Virus record (IMG/VR): IMGVR_UViG_3300023082_000009
Coordinates: 30,880 to 94,879 of that record
Direction: 5' to 3' (one strand)
Length of the DNA: 64,000 nucleotides
From: a virus
In this document: positions 36,742-46,232 of the stretch, in pieces
Numbering within the stretch: position 1 is the first letter of the stretch
Layout of the letters: every line of letters begins with the position of its first letter
Notes under the pieces: model-generated
What the model was told of the DNA's origin: nothing
The model's input: only the letters and a program-made list of their open reading frames with translations
Databases searched by the model: none
Position numbers and translations under genes: made by a program

Positions 36742-37845
36742 ATGAACAGCCACCAAATCCAAATCGGCGCCCAGGTTTTCAACTTCTCCGTAGTCATTGA
36801 AAAAGACGACGACCACGGCGCGCCCTGGGTAGAGGAAGACGGCCACGGCCCGGTAAGCGAGTGGACCACCCGCGCCAAGCAAGCCGGGGAACTTGTCTTG
36901 AACGACGACAAGCGCGGTCACCGTCGCTACTATGACTTTGCCGAGGCGTGCAAAAAGGCCCTGGCCGAAGGTTGGGACGACACCCCCAGCAAGATCGAAG
37001 GCGAGCCAGAGACCAAGCGTCAGCAGGCAGCACGGGCGGCCCGCGCAGACTTTGAACACTTGCAAGCATGGTGCAATGAGGAATGGTATTACACCTTTAT
37101 CACCGTGACCCTGCTCGACCGCGACGGCAACCCCACCACCCACACCGACAGCATCGGCGGCACCGACAACGACTACGCCGAAGAGCAAGCGCGCCTTATG
37201 TGCGATGAGCTGGCGAGTCAGGTAGACGCCAGCGGCCCAACGTCGGAAGAGTTGAACCTCCTCCCCTTGTCCCGCCTGGATGAGCTGCATAACGAGCTTC
37301 GCGACGTGCACCAGGGCGAGAGCGACGACGACACGGACTTCGACGTATGGGTCCAAGACATGGCCGATAACAACCGAGGCACCTACCAAGCCGCCGCCCT
37401 GGAATACTTGCGCCTTAGCAACGATGAGCAGCACGCGGAATCCGTAGCCATTGCCGCCCAGGTAAACGGGGATGAACACTTGGCCGAAGATTGCACCCTC
37501 ATGGCTAAGTTGTTGGAAGCCAGCCAGGACGACAACGCCAAGTTAAAGGCCGCCCTGGCCGTAGCCCTGGGCTCCCTGGAATCCCTCCTTACCCTGGCCG
37601 ACAAGCCGGACGTTAAAGCCTACGGCGCCGCCCGCGTGCATGCCCTGGCTGTCGTCAAAGGTTGCCGCCTGGACAACCCGCCGCCACTCCGTTGGGACGG
37701 TTGCCACGGGTTCAGCATTGCCACCACCGGCCAACGCTTCGCGACTATCGCTAACGCCTTCAAGGGCAGCGGCGAACAGGCCGACGACGGTACCGCCCTT
37801 GTACACGCACTGGCCCGCCTGGGCGCGGTTGCCCTGACCTATTGA
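36742..37845 (+). CDS. hypothetical acidic early protein
   Basis: 367-aa ORF behind a CCCTAAAGGG box. Confidence 0.8.
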   Translation: MNSHQIQIGAQVFNFSVVIEKDDDHGAPWVEEDGHGPVSEWTTRAKQAGELVLNDDKRGHRRYYDFAEACKKALAEGWDDTPSKIEGEPETKRQQAARAARADFEHLQAWCNEEWYYTFITVTLLDRDGNPTTHTDSIGGTDNDYAEEQARLMCDELASQVDASGPTSEELNLLPLSRLDELHNELRDVHQGESDDDTDFDVWVQDMADNNRGTYQAAALEYLRLSNDEQHAESVAIAAQVNGDEHLAEDCTLMAKLLEASQDDNAKLKAALAVALGSLESLLTLADKPDVKAYGAARVHALAVVKGCRLDNPPPLRWDGCHGFSIATTGQRFATIANAFKGSGEQADDGTALVHALARLGAVALTY

Positions 37846-37854
37846 GGTGCTGAC

Positions 37855-38082
37855 ATGGCCGCTATGTACATCATTGAAGCGCGTACACCAGATGGGGCGA
37901 TTAACCCCGCCCCAGCGGCACAGCCACCGTTTAACGTGATGAGCGAGCGCCAGTTGTTCGAGTATCGAAACGACAACGTGACCGGGGCGGGTTGGCTCTA
38001 TGAGGATCAACCCGGCCACCTGGAAGCGGTCAAAGAATGGTTTGCAAGTAACGGCTGGCATGTCCGGCCTAAGACGTGGTAG
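37855..38082 (+). CDS. hypothetical protein
   Basis: GAGGT SD. Confidence 0.65.
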   Translation: MAAMYIIEARTPDGAINPAPAAQPPFNVMSERQLFEYRNDNVTGAGWLYEDQPGHLEAVKEWFASNGWHVRPKTW

Positions 38083-38094
38083 GGAGTAGACGTT

Positions 38095-38346
38095 ATGTCA
38101 GTTACAGACGTTGTGCATGTTGTGCGCGGTAAGTGCAAAGTTACCGGGCGGCAATACAAGTTGGTCCGCAAACAAATCTTACCCGCTCATGAGGTACGCG
38201 GAGAGGATAAGTTTGAAAGCAAGTTTGACGCTATTTTTGTTTGCATCCAGGCGGCGCGAGCTTGGCGGTTCTGTTCGCCTACCGTGATTTTCAATGTCGA
38301 CACTATCGCTACACCTTTGCCGGGTCCGCCCCAGGTGATAACGTGA
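38095..38346 (+). CDS. hypothetical protein
   Basis: GGGAG SD. Confidence 0.55.
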   Translation: MSVTDVVHVVRGKCKVTGRQYKLVRKQILPAHEVRGEDKFESKFDAIFVCIQAARAWRFCSPTVIFNVDTIATPLPGPPQVIT

Positions 38347-38451
38347 CGGCCTTAGAAGCGGCGGCGAAGTTCTGGTATGCGTTTAAGTTGTTGGGCCTTA
38401 TCATACTTGCCGCGTTCGTTTACCACCTGGACAACAACACAAGGGCCAAGT

Positions 38452-38757
38452 ATGAAAACCCTACTCGACAAGCCGCGCTTCCAACTAAAGCCGGACGTAT
38501 CAGCCCGGCAATATGCGAACTGCTCGAACTTACTAGAGGTTGTGATAAACAATAGAGCGCGTACCGTCGCGGTCCAAGTCCCGGCGGTCCTGTTCCATCT
38601 AATGCAGTTCCTCAAGGTGCCGGTAGGGGCGGACGTATCCCTCTACCTTGACCAGGAAGGCGCCGTAATGGTTTTCGGGTTGTGCGTAAACGGCACGGAA
38701 ATACACGACCTTTGGACCTATACAAAAGCCAGCTTGCCGCCGTTCCTGGCGAGCTGA
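38452..38757 (+). CDS. hypothetical protein
   Basis: ORF with weak SD; overlapped by a short TM ORF at 38343-38555. Confidence 0.5.
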   Translation: MKTLLDKPRFQLKPDVSARQYANCSNLLEVVINNRARTVAVQVPAVLFHLMQFLKVPVGADVSLYLDQEGAVMVFGLCVNGTEIHDLWTYTKASLPPFLAS

Positions 38758-38783
38758 TAACCCGTCAATCGAGGGGCAAAACC

Positions 38784-39143
38784 ATGGATAACATCCAGCC
38801 GAAGCCGGTTAAAGAGTTCACCAGGGCGGACCCCTGCACTAAGGTGCATCTGTCTAATTGCTTCACCCAGGGCGGCAAATACGTACCCCGTGCCGTGGTC
38901 GAGGCACGCGGGGAAATTGGCGTTAACGCTATCAAGTACCTGCTAAAGAACGGTTACGCCCTGGCTTATGAAAGTGTTGGAATTGATTGGTGGAGGCTTA
39001 CGCCCCAGGGCGAAAAGTGGTTAGCTGATGGCCTTGCGCGGCACCTGGAGTTACACCCAGCAGACGCCCGCAAAGTGACCAGCACACGCACCGAGGCACG
39101 CGCTACACCGAGAATCATCCGCCGCCCCCGCAAAGGGCAATAA
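38784..39143 (+). CDS. hypothetical protein, possible wHTH
   Basis: GAGG SD; YLLKNGY...WRLTPQG; C-terminus PRIIRRPRK. Confidence 0.6.
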   Translation: MDNIQPKPVKEFTRADPCTKVHLSNCFTQGGKYVPRAVVEARGEIGVNAIKYLLKNGYALAYESVGIDWWRLTPQGEKWLADGLARHLELHPADARKVTSTRTEARATPRIIRRPRKGQ

Positions 39144-39237
39144 TCATTAATGTATGAAAGGCCGTTTTTGCTGCAAAACCTTGCAAGAAATTGGCCTTTT
39201 GCAAAGCGGTGCAATCAATTGCACGGGAGTGGTAACC

Positions 39238-39495
39238 ATGGAACGTACAGAGAATGGCCGCGCTATCCTCAAGACTGAGACCGGGCGCAAAGTGGTAGCC
39301 CTGGATATTGTCGCGAAACTGTCAGGTACTGGCGCGAGTCGCGTTATTGCAATCTTCAAAGCACTAGCCCAGGTTGCGGAACATTCCGGCCTCACAGTTG
39401 AGGAACTTGTCCGCCTGGAGAACATGCCGACCGCCGCGCCGGACGAAGAACGCGCCCAGGGCACGAACGACTATTACGACGAACTGCACCAGTGA
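39238..39495 (+). CDS. hypothetical protein
   Basis: GGGAG SD directly after a 16-bp palindrome copy. Confidence 0.6.
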   Translation: MERTENGRAILKTETGRKVVALDIVAKLSGTGASRVIAIFKALAQVAEHSGLTVEELVRLENMPTAAPDEERAQGTNDYYDELHQ

Positions 39496-39577
39496 TGGCT
39501 TGCACTATTCGCCCAGGCGACTAGTATTCACCCCATGCAAGACACACCAGTCACTAGCCACCCTAAAGGGGGTTGTC

Positions 39578-40249
39578 ATGATCGTTAAGAAGTTCACCGC
39601 AGCCATGCACCAGGACCACGGCACTTTGGGTTGGGTCATGGATACCATGCCCCATTTTGACCCCACCACCGGCATGGGCGTAGCCCATGATTGCATGGAA
39701 CATCTGACCCGCCGCGCCGGTTTCGAGGGCGAGATGGAAGCCTTCGGCGTAGCGCTGTACATCCGTCACCAGGGCGGGTACTGGCAGCAGCAGTTGACCC
39801 GCAACGCATCCAAGGGCGCCGGGACTTGGGCCTACAACACGTCGTACGAAATTGCGGAGTTCCTGGCGCGTGATACTGCCTTGAACGTGGAGAAGGCGCC
39901 GCGCACTGCGCTACTTGACGATGAGGACGCCGAAGAACAAATAGCCATGATGCAACTGCGCGCCCTGAATGACTTCTATAGCGATGTTGCGGAGTGCTAT
40001 GGCCTGGAAGATACACCCCGCGAAGTTATTGTTGAGTGCCTGGAGCGCGCCGCCGTTTGGGTCCGTCGCGGATGGCTCAACGCCGAGCGCAAGTATGGCG
40101 CATTCCCTTATGACCTTTGCTACATGTTCAAACAAATTGAAGAGGAGGTAGACGCACTTAACATTATCGAAGGCGACACACTTACTGTAATGTTTAACCG
40201 CGATAACACGGACTATTCCGTAACTCACAAATCCCTGTACAACTACTAA
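39578..40249 (+). CDS. hypothetical protein with HDxxEH metal-binding-like motif
   Basis: CCCTAAAGGG box; GVAHDCMEH...EMEAFG. Confidence 0.7.
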   Translation: MIVKKFTAAMHQDHGTLGWVMDTMPHFDPTTGMGVAHDCMEHLTRRAGFEGEMEAFGVALYIRHQGGYWQQQLTRNASKGAGTWAYNTSYEIAEFLARDTALNVEKAPRTALLDDEDAEEQIAMMQLRALNDFYSDVAECYGLEDTPREVIVECLERAAVWVRRGWLNAERKYGAFPYDLCYMFKQIEEEVDALNIIEGDTLTVMFNRDNTDYSVTHKSLYNY

Positions 40250-40261
40250 GGTAATTCAATC

Positions 40262-40561
40262 ATGAAAGGTTCCCTCATTCGTTCCGCCCTGGGCTTGGCT
40301 GCTTTGTTGTCGGTTGGCATTAACAACCGTTTCACCGCTGACCCGTTCGGCAAGAAGTTGGCCCCGGCTGTTAAAACTCGGTCCTGGACCACTACCAAGG
40401 GCGGCAAAGTAAAAACCGTGTTCCCTGGCCAAACCCCGGCGCAGAAAAAGGCCGCCCTGGCCCAGGCCGAAGAGAAGCGCGCCCGCCGCTCCCTGACAGC
40501 CGCCCGCAATGCCCGCAACAGCGCCGAAGGCTACGCACGCACAGCCGGGCGCACCTTCTAA
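40262..40561 (+). CDS. basic hypothetical protein
   Basis: TAAGGT SD; biased codons. Confidence 0.65.
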   Translation: MKGSLIRSALGLAALLSVGINNRFTADPFGKKLAPAVKTRSWTTTKGGKVKTVFPGQTPAQKKAALAQAEEKRARRSLTAARNARNSAEGYARTAGRTF

Positions 40562-40642
40562 CCCTTCACCAGGACGAACGACTAGCCCGCCATGCGCGGG
40601 CTTAGTCAGTACCAGAACACTACCCTAAAGGGAGTTGCCGCC

Positions 40643-41038
40643 ATGACATGCGCAAGCGTCACCAATCTGCAAAACATCAAAGACGTAACCGAGGCAGACG
40701 CCCGGTTAATCCGTAAGGTCTGGTCGCTCATGGGCGCCACCCAGACACGCGCCTACCTGCTGCGCCCGGCTATCAACTTGAACGGGCGGTTTAGCTCCCT
40801 GGCTGATACCGCTAGAGGGTCCGCCAACCTCAAACAGGGCGCTATTGACATCATCCTGGGGACGCACGGGGTTGAATACCTGGGGCAGCGCAAGGGCAAC
40901 CGGGAACACGTCTACTACTGCAATGCAGGCGACACCTACGCCACCACGGTACTTTTTGACGGCCTGCATTTGCGGGTAGGTGACATCGGCGGCCTGATAG
41001 AGCGCAATCTGATCAGCGAGCGCCACTCTGATTTTTGA
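40643..41038 (+). CDS. hypothetical protein
   Basis: CCCTAAAGGG box; THGVE...YCNAGDTYATT motif. Confidence 0.7.
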   Translation: MTCASVTNLQNIKDVTEADARLIRKVWSLMGATQTRAYLLRPAINLNGRFSSLADTARGSANLKQGAIDIILGTHGVEYLGQRKGNREHVYYCNAGDTYATTVLFDGLHLRVGDIGGLIERNLISERHSDF

Positions 41039-41123
41039 CCATTCGTCGGTGGTAATGGCGTCTTTTCAGAAGGCGCCTATACTTCGTTTACACCTTCCAA
41101 ATCACCCTAAAGGGGATTGCATC

Positions 41124-41813
41124 ATGGCACTTTCAAAAGAACAGTATTTCAACATGGGCCACCGCGACGCCCAGACCACCCCGCCTAACCGTAACGGCGC
41201 CCTCATTGCTTCCATGTCCTGGCAGGGCCGCGCCTACGCCGAAGGCTACAGCGCTGGGGAACTTCACCAGGAAGCAAACGCCATTCGCGCCCAGGCTTGC
41301 CCGGCATGCGCGGCGGGTATCCCCTTTCAACAGTCTGTCGATTGCGTGCAATCAATTGCACCGGGTGCAGCACGCCGGGCGGACCGCATCCAGGCACTGA
41401 CACGCGGCTACATCTCCGCCATGCTCTGGACCACTACCGACGACGACGGCAACGAATGCCAGGACATGGAAGTAACGCCAGAGGGCCGCGCCGAAGTCCT
41501 GGCAATCGTGACCGCGTTCTATGACGCCAACCATGTCGACCTGGGCGCGTACGTTGATTTGCGAATGGCGGACGTGGGCAGCACCTACCGAGTTCACGCC
41601 AGCCAGCAAACAGAGGCGTACGGGTTTGCAGGCCACGACCTTTGGCTGACTAGCCAGGGCCACGGGGTTGGGTTTTGGGACCGTGGGCACGGGCGGGTAG
41701 GCGAACGCCTCACAAAGGCCGCCAAGGCGTTTCAGGGTTGCGACGCGTATACAACAGACGACGGCTATGTCGACTTGTCTATCCCCTATCACGCTTCCTG
41801 GAAAAAGGTCTAA
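41124..41813 (+). CDS. hypothetical protein (GHD.WLT..GHG.GFWDR motif)
   Basis: CCCTAAAGGG box; motif recurrent in phage early proteins. Confidence 0.7.
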   Translation: MALSKEQYFNMGHRDAQTTPPNRNGALIASMSWQGRAYAEGYSAGELHQEANAIRAQACPACAAGIPFQQSVDCVQSIAPGAARRADRIQALTRGYISAMLWTTTDDDGNECQDMEVTPEGRAEVLAIVTAFYDANHVDLGAYVDLRMADVGSTYRVHASQQTEAYGFAGHDLWLTSQGHGVGFWDRGHGRVGERLTKAAKAFQGCDAYTTDDGYVDLSIPYHASWKKV

Positions 41814-41817
41814 CGCC

Positions 41818-42141
41818 ATGAGCATCAACAACACAATCCAAGTAACCGCAATCGAACGCGCCATTGAAGACCTGGAGCGTTTGACCCATGACGCAATCGC
41901 CAGCCTTCGCGGGAACGAGAAACTCAACAAAAAGGTAATTGAGCGGGCGGTTCTGGTAGGCAACGCCCAGGCAGCCGGGGAACTGGTATACGCGGCGCTG
42001 ATCGCTTGCAAGACGCCTGTACGCCCTGACTCGGTTGAGCTGGTAGTCGACACCAAGGGCTTTAACCACGACCGCGTAACCGAGAAGGCCAGCGCCGCCG
42101 CTACGCGTACCTTTGTGCGCCGCATCAAAGACAACTATTAA
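41818..42141 (+). CDS. hypothetical protein
   Basis: AAGG SD. Confidence 0.6.
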   Translation: MSINNTIQVTAIERAIEDLERLTHDAIASLRGNEKLNKKVIERAVLVGNAQAAGELVYAALIACKTPVRPDSVELVVDTKGFNHDRVTEKASAAATRTFVRRIKDNY

Positions 42142-42177
42142 TCGCGGTGCAATCAATTGCACCAGGGAGCAGCAGAC

Positions 42178-42294
42178 ATGATTGGTAAAGTGAAGATCAG
42201 CAGAAAGGCATTCTACGCGGCGGGCGGTTTCAGCAACCCCGCACTATCCAGGAAACAACGTGGTAGCGGTTGGGCGTATTACCAATCCGTTTAA
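42178..42294 (+). CDS. 38-aa small protein (not in ORF track)
   Basis: GGGAG SD; MIGKVKISRKAFYAAGGFSNPALSRKQRGSGWAYYQSV. Confidence 0.55.
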   Translation: MIGKVKISRKAFYAAGGFSNPALSRKQRGSGWAYYQSV

Positions 42295-42308
42295 CCAGGG
42301 GCGATACC

Positions 42309-42578
42309 ATGAAACGCACAACGGCCTATCGCACTTCCTACGCTGTCGAGTTGACAGTTAAGCAGTTCACCAAAGTAGAAGAGCGAGACGACAAAGCAAA
42401 AGACTTTGGTTTGCTTTCGATCCTCTCTAACCTGGGCGCCCACTCTATCGAGTACAACGGCCACTTTGGCGCGAGCATCTTCTACACGCTCGACACTGAG
42501 ACCGACTCGCCAGAACTTCGGGCGGAGATAGAGACCGCGATAGTAGATTATGCAAATGGCAAACGCCGAACGTTCTAA
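42309..42578 (+). CDS. hypothetical protein
   Basis: AGGGG SD. Confidence 0.65.
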   Translation: MKRTTAYRTSYAVELTVKQFTKVEERDDKAKDFGLLSILSNLGAHSIEYNGHFGASIFYTLDTETDSPELRAEIETAIVDYANGKRRTF

Positions 42579-42593
42579 CAGCAACACACACAT

Positions 42594-42629
42594 AAACGCC
42601 CTGGGCTAATCACCTGGGGCGTTTGTTTT
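42594..42629 (+). terminator. intrinsic terminator
   Basis: AAACGCCCTGGG...CCTGGGGCGTTT-GTTTT. Confidence 0.7.
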
Positions 42630-42865
42630 CGGGCGGAACAATGCACTACAACCATAGGGACACTACCAGGAACAGCAAATAGGCAAAGTGCAGTTTGGGC
42701 CAATGATTCCGGGCGGGTGGAAGCAATCAATCCTATATAGACCAATAGAGAATCCCCTAGACCATCCCATAGAGAAGTATCCGTGTTGCAGCATGATCAA
42801 TCATCTCTGTTACTTCCTGAAAATGTTATCTGTGTTTAGCCAGTGAAATAGTTCCCGCAAAAATT

Positions 42866-43076
42866 CTCTGGTGGAGTCAAGTCGAATTCATCACTGAACT
42901 TGTGTCGATCACTGCTGGTGTATACCTGTGTCTTGTTCACTGGTGCTGCTGGTGGCTACTGGTGAGTTAACTGGAGCTGTCATGAGCTAATCACTGCTGC
43001 TGGTGAACAATGCCACTGCTGGTGATCACTGGTGTCCGCCCGTTCAGTGAATCCAGGATCGGTGGACCGCTGGTCG
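42866..43076 (+). repeat. cluster of CTGGTG hexamers
   Basis: CTGGTG at 42868, 42915, 42940, 42949, 42959, 43000, 43019, 43029. Confidence 0.75.
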
Positions 43077-43104
43077 CCAGGATCTGTGTTTACGCAAAAT
43101 CGGT

Positions 43105-43132
43105 TTGCAAGGTTTGTGTATTCGTCTACTCT
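43105..43132 (+). promoter_or_regulatory. sigma70-like early promoter
   Basis: TTGCAA-16 bp-TACTCT. Confidence 0.5.
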
Positions 43133-43180
43133 CTCAATACACAACGCATCACCCACCCGGCACTCTAAAGAGGTCACACC

Positions 43181-43609
43181 ATGAAAACCGTAGCCACCTA
43201 CCCAGCCTTCGACGTAGTAGACCTGGAAACCGAAGTTATCCATTTGTCCGCCGAGGTCTGCAATGATCGCCTGGGCTCAGGTATCAAGTTCTGCACCGCG
43301 TACGAAAGCCGCCGTCACGGTACCCTCTACCGCGAAGTGTCGCCCAACTGCATCGACTACTATTGCGCTGACATCTACACCACCCCGGAAGAGATGGCCG
43401 CCCAGATTGCCAAGTCAGCAGAACGCAAAGACCCTCGGTTCTGGTTTAACAATTGCGGCGCCTGCATCACCGCCCAGGCAATGCCGCATTACACGATGTT
43501 TCTCATCCAGGAAGGGCAGTTGGTCACTATGGCCGGTCACACACTGCGCGTACGTATCGTGGGCGACTATATCCGCCTGGACGTGGTAGAGCAGGCAGCC
43601 GCCGCGTAA
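43181..43609 (+). CDS. hypothetical early protein
   Basis: CTCTAAAGAG box / GAGGT SD. Confidence 0.75.
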   Translation: MKTVATYPAFDVVDLETEVIHLSAEVCNDRLGSGIKFCTAYESRRHGTLYREVSPNCIDYYCADIYTTPEEMAAQIAKSAERKDPRFWFNNCGACITAQAMPHYTMFLIQEGQLVTMAGHTLRVRIVGDYIRLDVVEQAAAA

Positions 43610-43629
43610 TGCAATCAATTGCACCGCCT

Positions 43630-43658
43630 AGGGCGCCCAGGTTGGCGCCCTTTCTTTT
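43630..43658 (+). terminator. intrinsic terminator
   Basis: AGGGCGCC-CAGGTT-GGCGCCCT-TTCTTTT. Confidence 0.75.
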
Positions 43659-43783
43659 GCCTACCGTTTGTCGGGCGCTGTCAAAATAGTGCATTTAGAG
43701 GTGGCAAGGATCGGTGGTAGTGCTAATCTACAGATACAGGGAATGCACAACGCAAACCCAAGTCACCCTAAAGGGGACACACC

Positions 43784-44263
43784 ATGAACGCACAAGTCAT
43801 CCACGCCGAAGCAACCAAGCCAGCCAAGAAAGCCGCCGCTAAGCCTGTAGCCAAAGCAGCCACTACCAAGAAGCCAGCCGCCAAGGCTAAGACCGCCCCT
43901 AAAGCCAAGGCGCCTAAAGGTATCAAATGCATGGTTGCCAACCGCCCAGGTAGCGGCGTGCTGCTCTTCGCATACACCGAGGCTGCATTGCAGTTGTTGG
44001 GTATGTACGAAGGCGCCGAAGTAGAGAAGGCCGTCCTGGCTAAGGTCATGGGCCTGACTGCCATCAGCTACCACACCGCTAAGGCTACCCTGGTACGCCT
44101 CGACAACGGGCGGTACGCACTGACCAAAGCAGGTAAAGCGTTCTTCGCCGAACGTGCTACTAAGGCCATTGCCGCCGATCTCAAAGGCTGGACTAAGGTT
44201 CTGTCGACCGGCAAGGCAGACGGGGTTGTCGTCAAGAACCCTGATATGTTGACCGCGATCTAA
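43784..44263 (+). CDS. Lys/Ala-rich (histone H1-like N-terminus) putative DNA-binding protein
   Basis: PAKKAAAKPVAKAATTKKPAAKAK; wHTH-like YALTKAG end; CCCTAAAGGG box. Confidence 0.7.
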   Translation: MNAQVIHAEATKPAKKAAAKPVAKAATTKKPAAKAKTAPKAKAPKGIKCMVANRPGSGVLLFAYTEAALQLLGMYEGAEVEKAVLAKVMGLTAISYHTAKATLVRLDNGRYALTKAGKAFFAERATKAIAADLKGWTKVLSTGKADGVVVKNPDMLTAI

Positions 44264-44332
44264 CCCACCTCACACACGCACGGGGCGGCGATATACAGAC
44301 CGCCCCACACTACCCTAAAGGGAGTAACAGAC

Positions 44333-44614
44333 ATGAACGCACTTCACACCACCACCATTCTCGCCCAGGCTCAGGCCGTACCATTTACCCAGGCCGAAGC
44401 CTATGCAGCCGAACGCGGTATCATGGGCCGCTACAACCGTCAGTATCTGCGCAGCCTGTTGCGTGCCCGTCGCGTGATGCGCCGCAACCTGACCCAGGCA
44501 ATCGCGGGCGGTCACCTACTCCAGGCAGTAGAGCAAGCCACCCTTATGCATAGCTTCGGAGTACAGGCCGTTGTATGCATCCGCCGCAATGCACGTCACA
44601 CCCTGGTAGCCTGA
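44333..44614 (+). CDS. hypothetical protein
   Basis: CCCTAAAGGG box. Confidence 0.65.
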   Translation: MNALHTTTILAQAQAVPFTQAEAYAAERGIMGRYNRQYLRSLLRARRVMRRNLTQAIAGGHLLQAVEQATLMHSFGVQAVVCIRRNARHTLVA

Positions 44615-45094
44615 TGCAATTGATTGCACGAGATTGGTTCGCTCTTTTCTCAGTGAAGAATCGGGCGGACCAATCCATTACCCCTCTATGCATATGCCAT
44701 ACCACCCTATAGAAAAATCCACCATAGCTTTTCCGGTGTCGCTAAATGGACCCGCGCCGCAGAGTTTCTCTACGTACTGATTTCAAAGTGACCCTACCTA
44801 CTTTCTTCGTTTTCCATCTGGCCTACGACACGTCATGTTCAATCAAGCTCTTTGCATGTCTCTCTCATGACTCTCACATATCAAAACGCTTTTCAGATCG
44901 GATTTTTTGCTGATGCAATCAATTGCACTGACATGTATGGGAAATTTTTGAATTCAATCAGTGTCCAGGTTTGCGAGGGCAGGATCGGTCATGATCACAT
45001 CAGTGTTCAGCATGCCTTCGTCATGAACAGGTATGATCGGCACAACGGGGCAAACCATTCAATGCCCGAAAAATCGACGTTGAGGATCAAGATC

Positions 45095-45307
45095 ATGTCT
45101 ACTCAAGAAGTCACCCTGTCGCTCGCGGCGCGGATCGCCATCGAACACAACGTGCGCCAGCAGATCGCAGATAACGTCATGCTGCTACAGAGTGCTGGCA
45201 AGTTCGACGCCGGTTGCGTGATTACCCATGCTGGCTTGCAGGCCGCAGCTACGGAGTTCATCAGCGACACCGTTGCCCAGGTCTACCAGGAAATCCTCCA
45301 GGCCTGA
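45095..45307 (+). CDS. hypothetical protein
   Basis: GAGGA SD. Confidence 0.6.
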   Translation: MSTQEVTLSLAARIAIEHNVRQQIADNVMLLQSAGKFDAGCVITHAGLQAAATEFISDTVAQVYQEILQA

Positions 45308-45345
45308 ATCCGTCATCAAAAAATTCGCGTTGGAGAGTCAAAGTC

Positions 45346-45687
45346 ATGAGAACGAAGTCACGGGTAGTCACCCTTGCGCAGCTCGCCCTACTCCCTCGGG
45401 GTACCCTGGTCGCGTGCGTAAAGTTCGACGACACCTACGGTCAGGTGCAGCACGACTGCCAGGGCATTGTCCAGGTAGGCCCGATACACGCCGTGCACTC
45501 CGTAGATGCGGACTACGTGGTCCTTCGCCCTGTCGTGCCCGACATCCGTTGGCATGAAGGCCGAGTCGAGGAATCCTACGAGCCCACGCACATCGGGAGG
45601 GTCAACTTCTGCGATCACCGCTTCATCGTCTACCCGACGCTCGAAGCCATGCTGCGCAACAGCACCCGTACCACCTGGAGACCGTGA
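45346..45687 (+). CDS. hypothetical protein
   Basis: GGAG SD. Confidence 0.6.
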   Translation: MRTKSRVVTLAQLALLPRGTLVACVKFDDTYGQVQHDCQGIVQVGPIHAVHSVDADYVVLRPVVPDIRWHEGRVEESYEPTHIGRVNFCDHRFIVYPTLEAMLRNSTRTTWRP

Positions 45688-45995
45688 TGGATCACAACAG
45701 CCCAGTCGTGCGCTACCTGCACTTCGTGCTCCTCGGTCGCCGGGTGGGTCTCGATGGTCACTGGCCGTCGTCATTCCTCTACGACCACGACTATGATGAG
45801 CGTACCGAGCGAGCCCGCGCCGTGTTCGAGGAGCTGTCGAACCTCGGGTACCTGAACCGCACGCCGTTGAAGGTAGGGCCGAACGCTCTCCCAGGTGTGC
45901 GCTACGAGGTCACCCAGCACGCCAAGGAATACTTCATCGGCCTCGACGACCCCAAACACCACCAGCCCAGTCCGTATACCACCTGGGCCAAGTAG
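45684..45995 (+). CDS. hypothetical protein
   Basis: GTGA overlap. Confidence 0.6.
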   Translation: MMDHNSPVVRYLHFVLLGRRVGLDGHWPSSFLYDHDYDERTERARAVFEELSNLGYLNRTPLKVGPNALPGVRYEVTQHAKEYFIGLDDPKHHQPSPYTTWAK

Positions 45996-46005
45996 GAGAA
46001 ACACC

Positions 46006-46230
46006 ATGACTGTACTCACCGAAGCCGAGAAGGCCCGCATCGAAAGCATGGTCCGTGCGCGCATCGTCGAGATGATCTCCACGTCGGACCTGGAAGGCGG
46101 CATGGGCGAGCAAACTGTAACCCCGGAGGTTACCCACCTCGCCCGCTTCTTCTCCCACAAAGTGTGCATGGAAATCCTTGGCGACATGCCTGTCGAGGAC
46201 TACCTGCACTTCAACATGATCGGGAGCTGA
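46006..46230 (+). CDS. hypothetical protein
   Basis: AGGAG SD. Confidence 0.65.
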   Translation: MTVLTEAEKARIESMVRARIVEMISTSDLEGGMGEQTVTPEVTHLARFFSHKVCMEILGDMPVEDYLHFNMIGS

Positions 46231-46232
46231 CC

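Larger units (their letters stand above)
36329..44322 (+). promoter_or_regulatory. 8 copies of the C(C/T)CTA(A/C)AG(G/A)G box overlapping early-gene SDs
   Basis: At 36329, 36723, 39561, 40623, 41105, 43163, 43766, 44313, each 7-10 nt before an ATG. Confidence 0.8.

Noticed and set aside
36723-44322. T3/T7-type RNA polymerase promoters (CACTAAAGGG-like)
   Set aside because: No conserved upstream specificity region, no single-subunit RNAP in the window, and the box tracks start codons.
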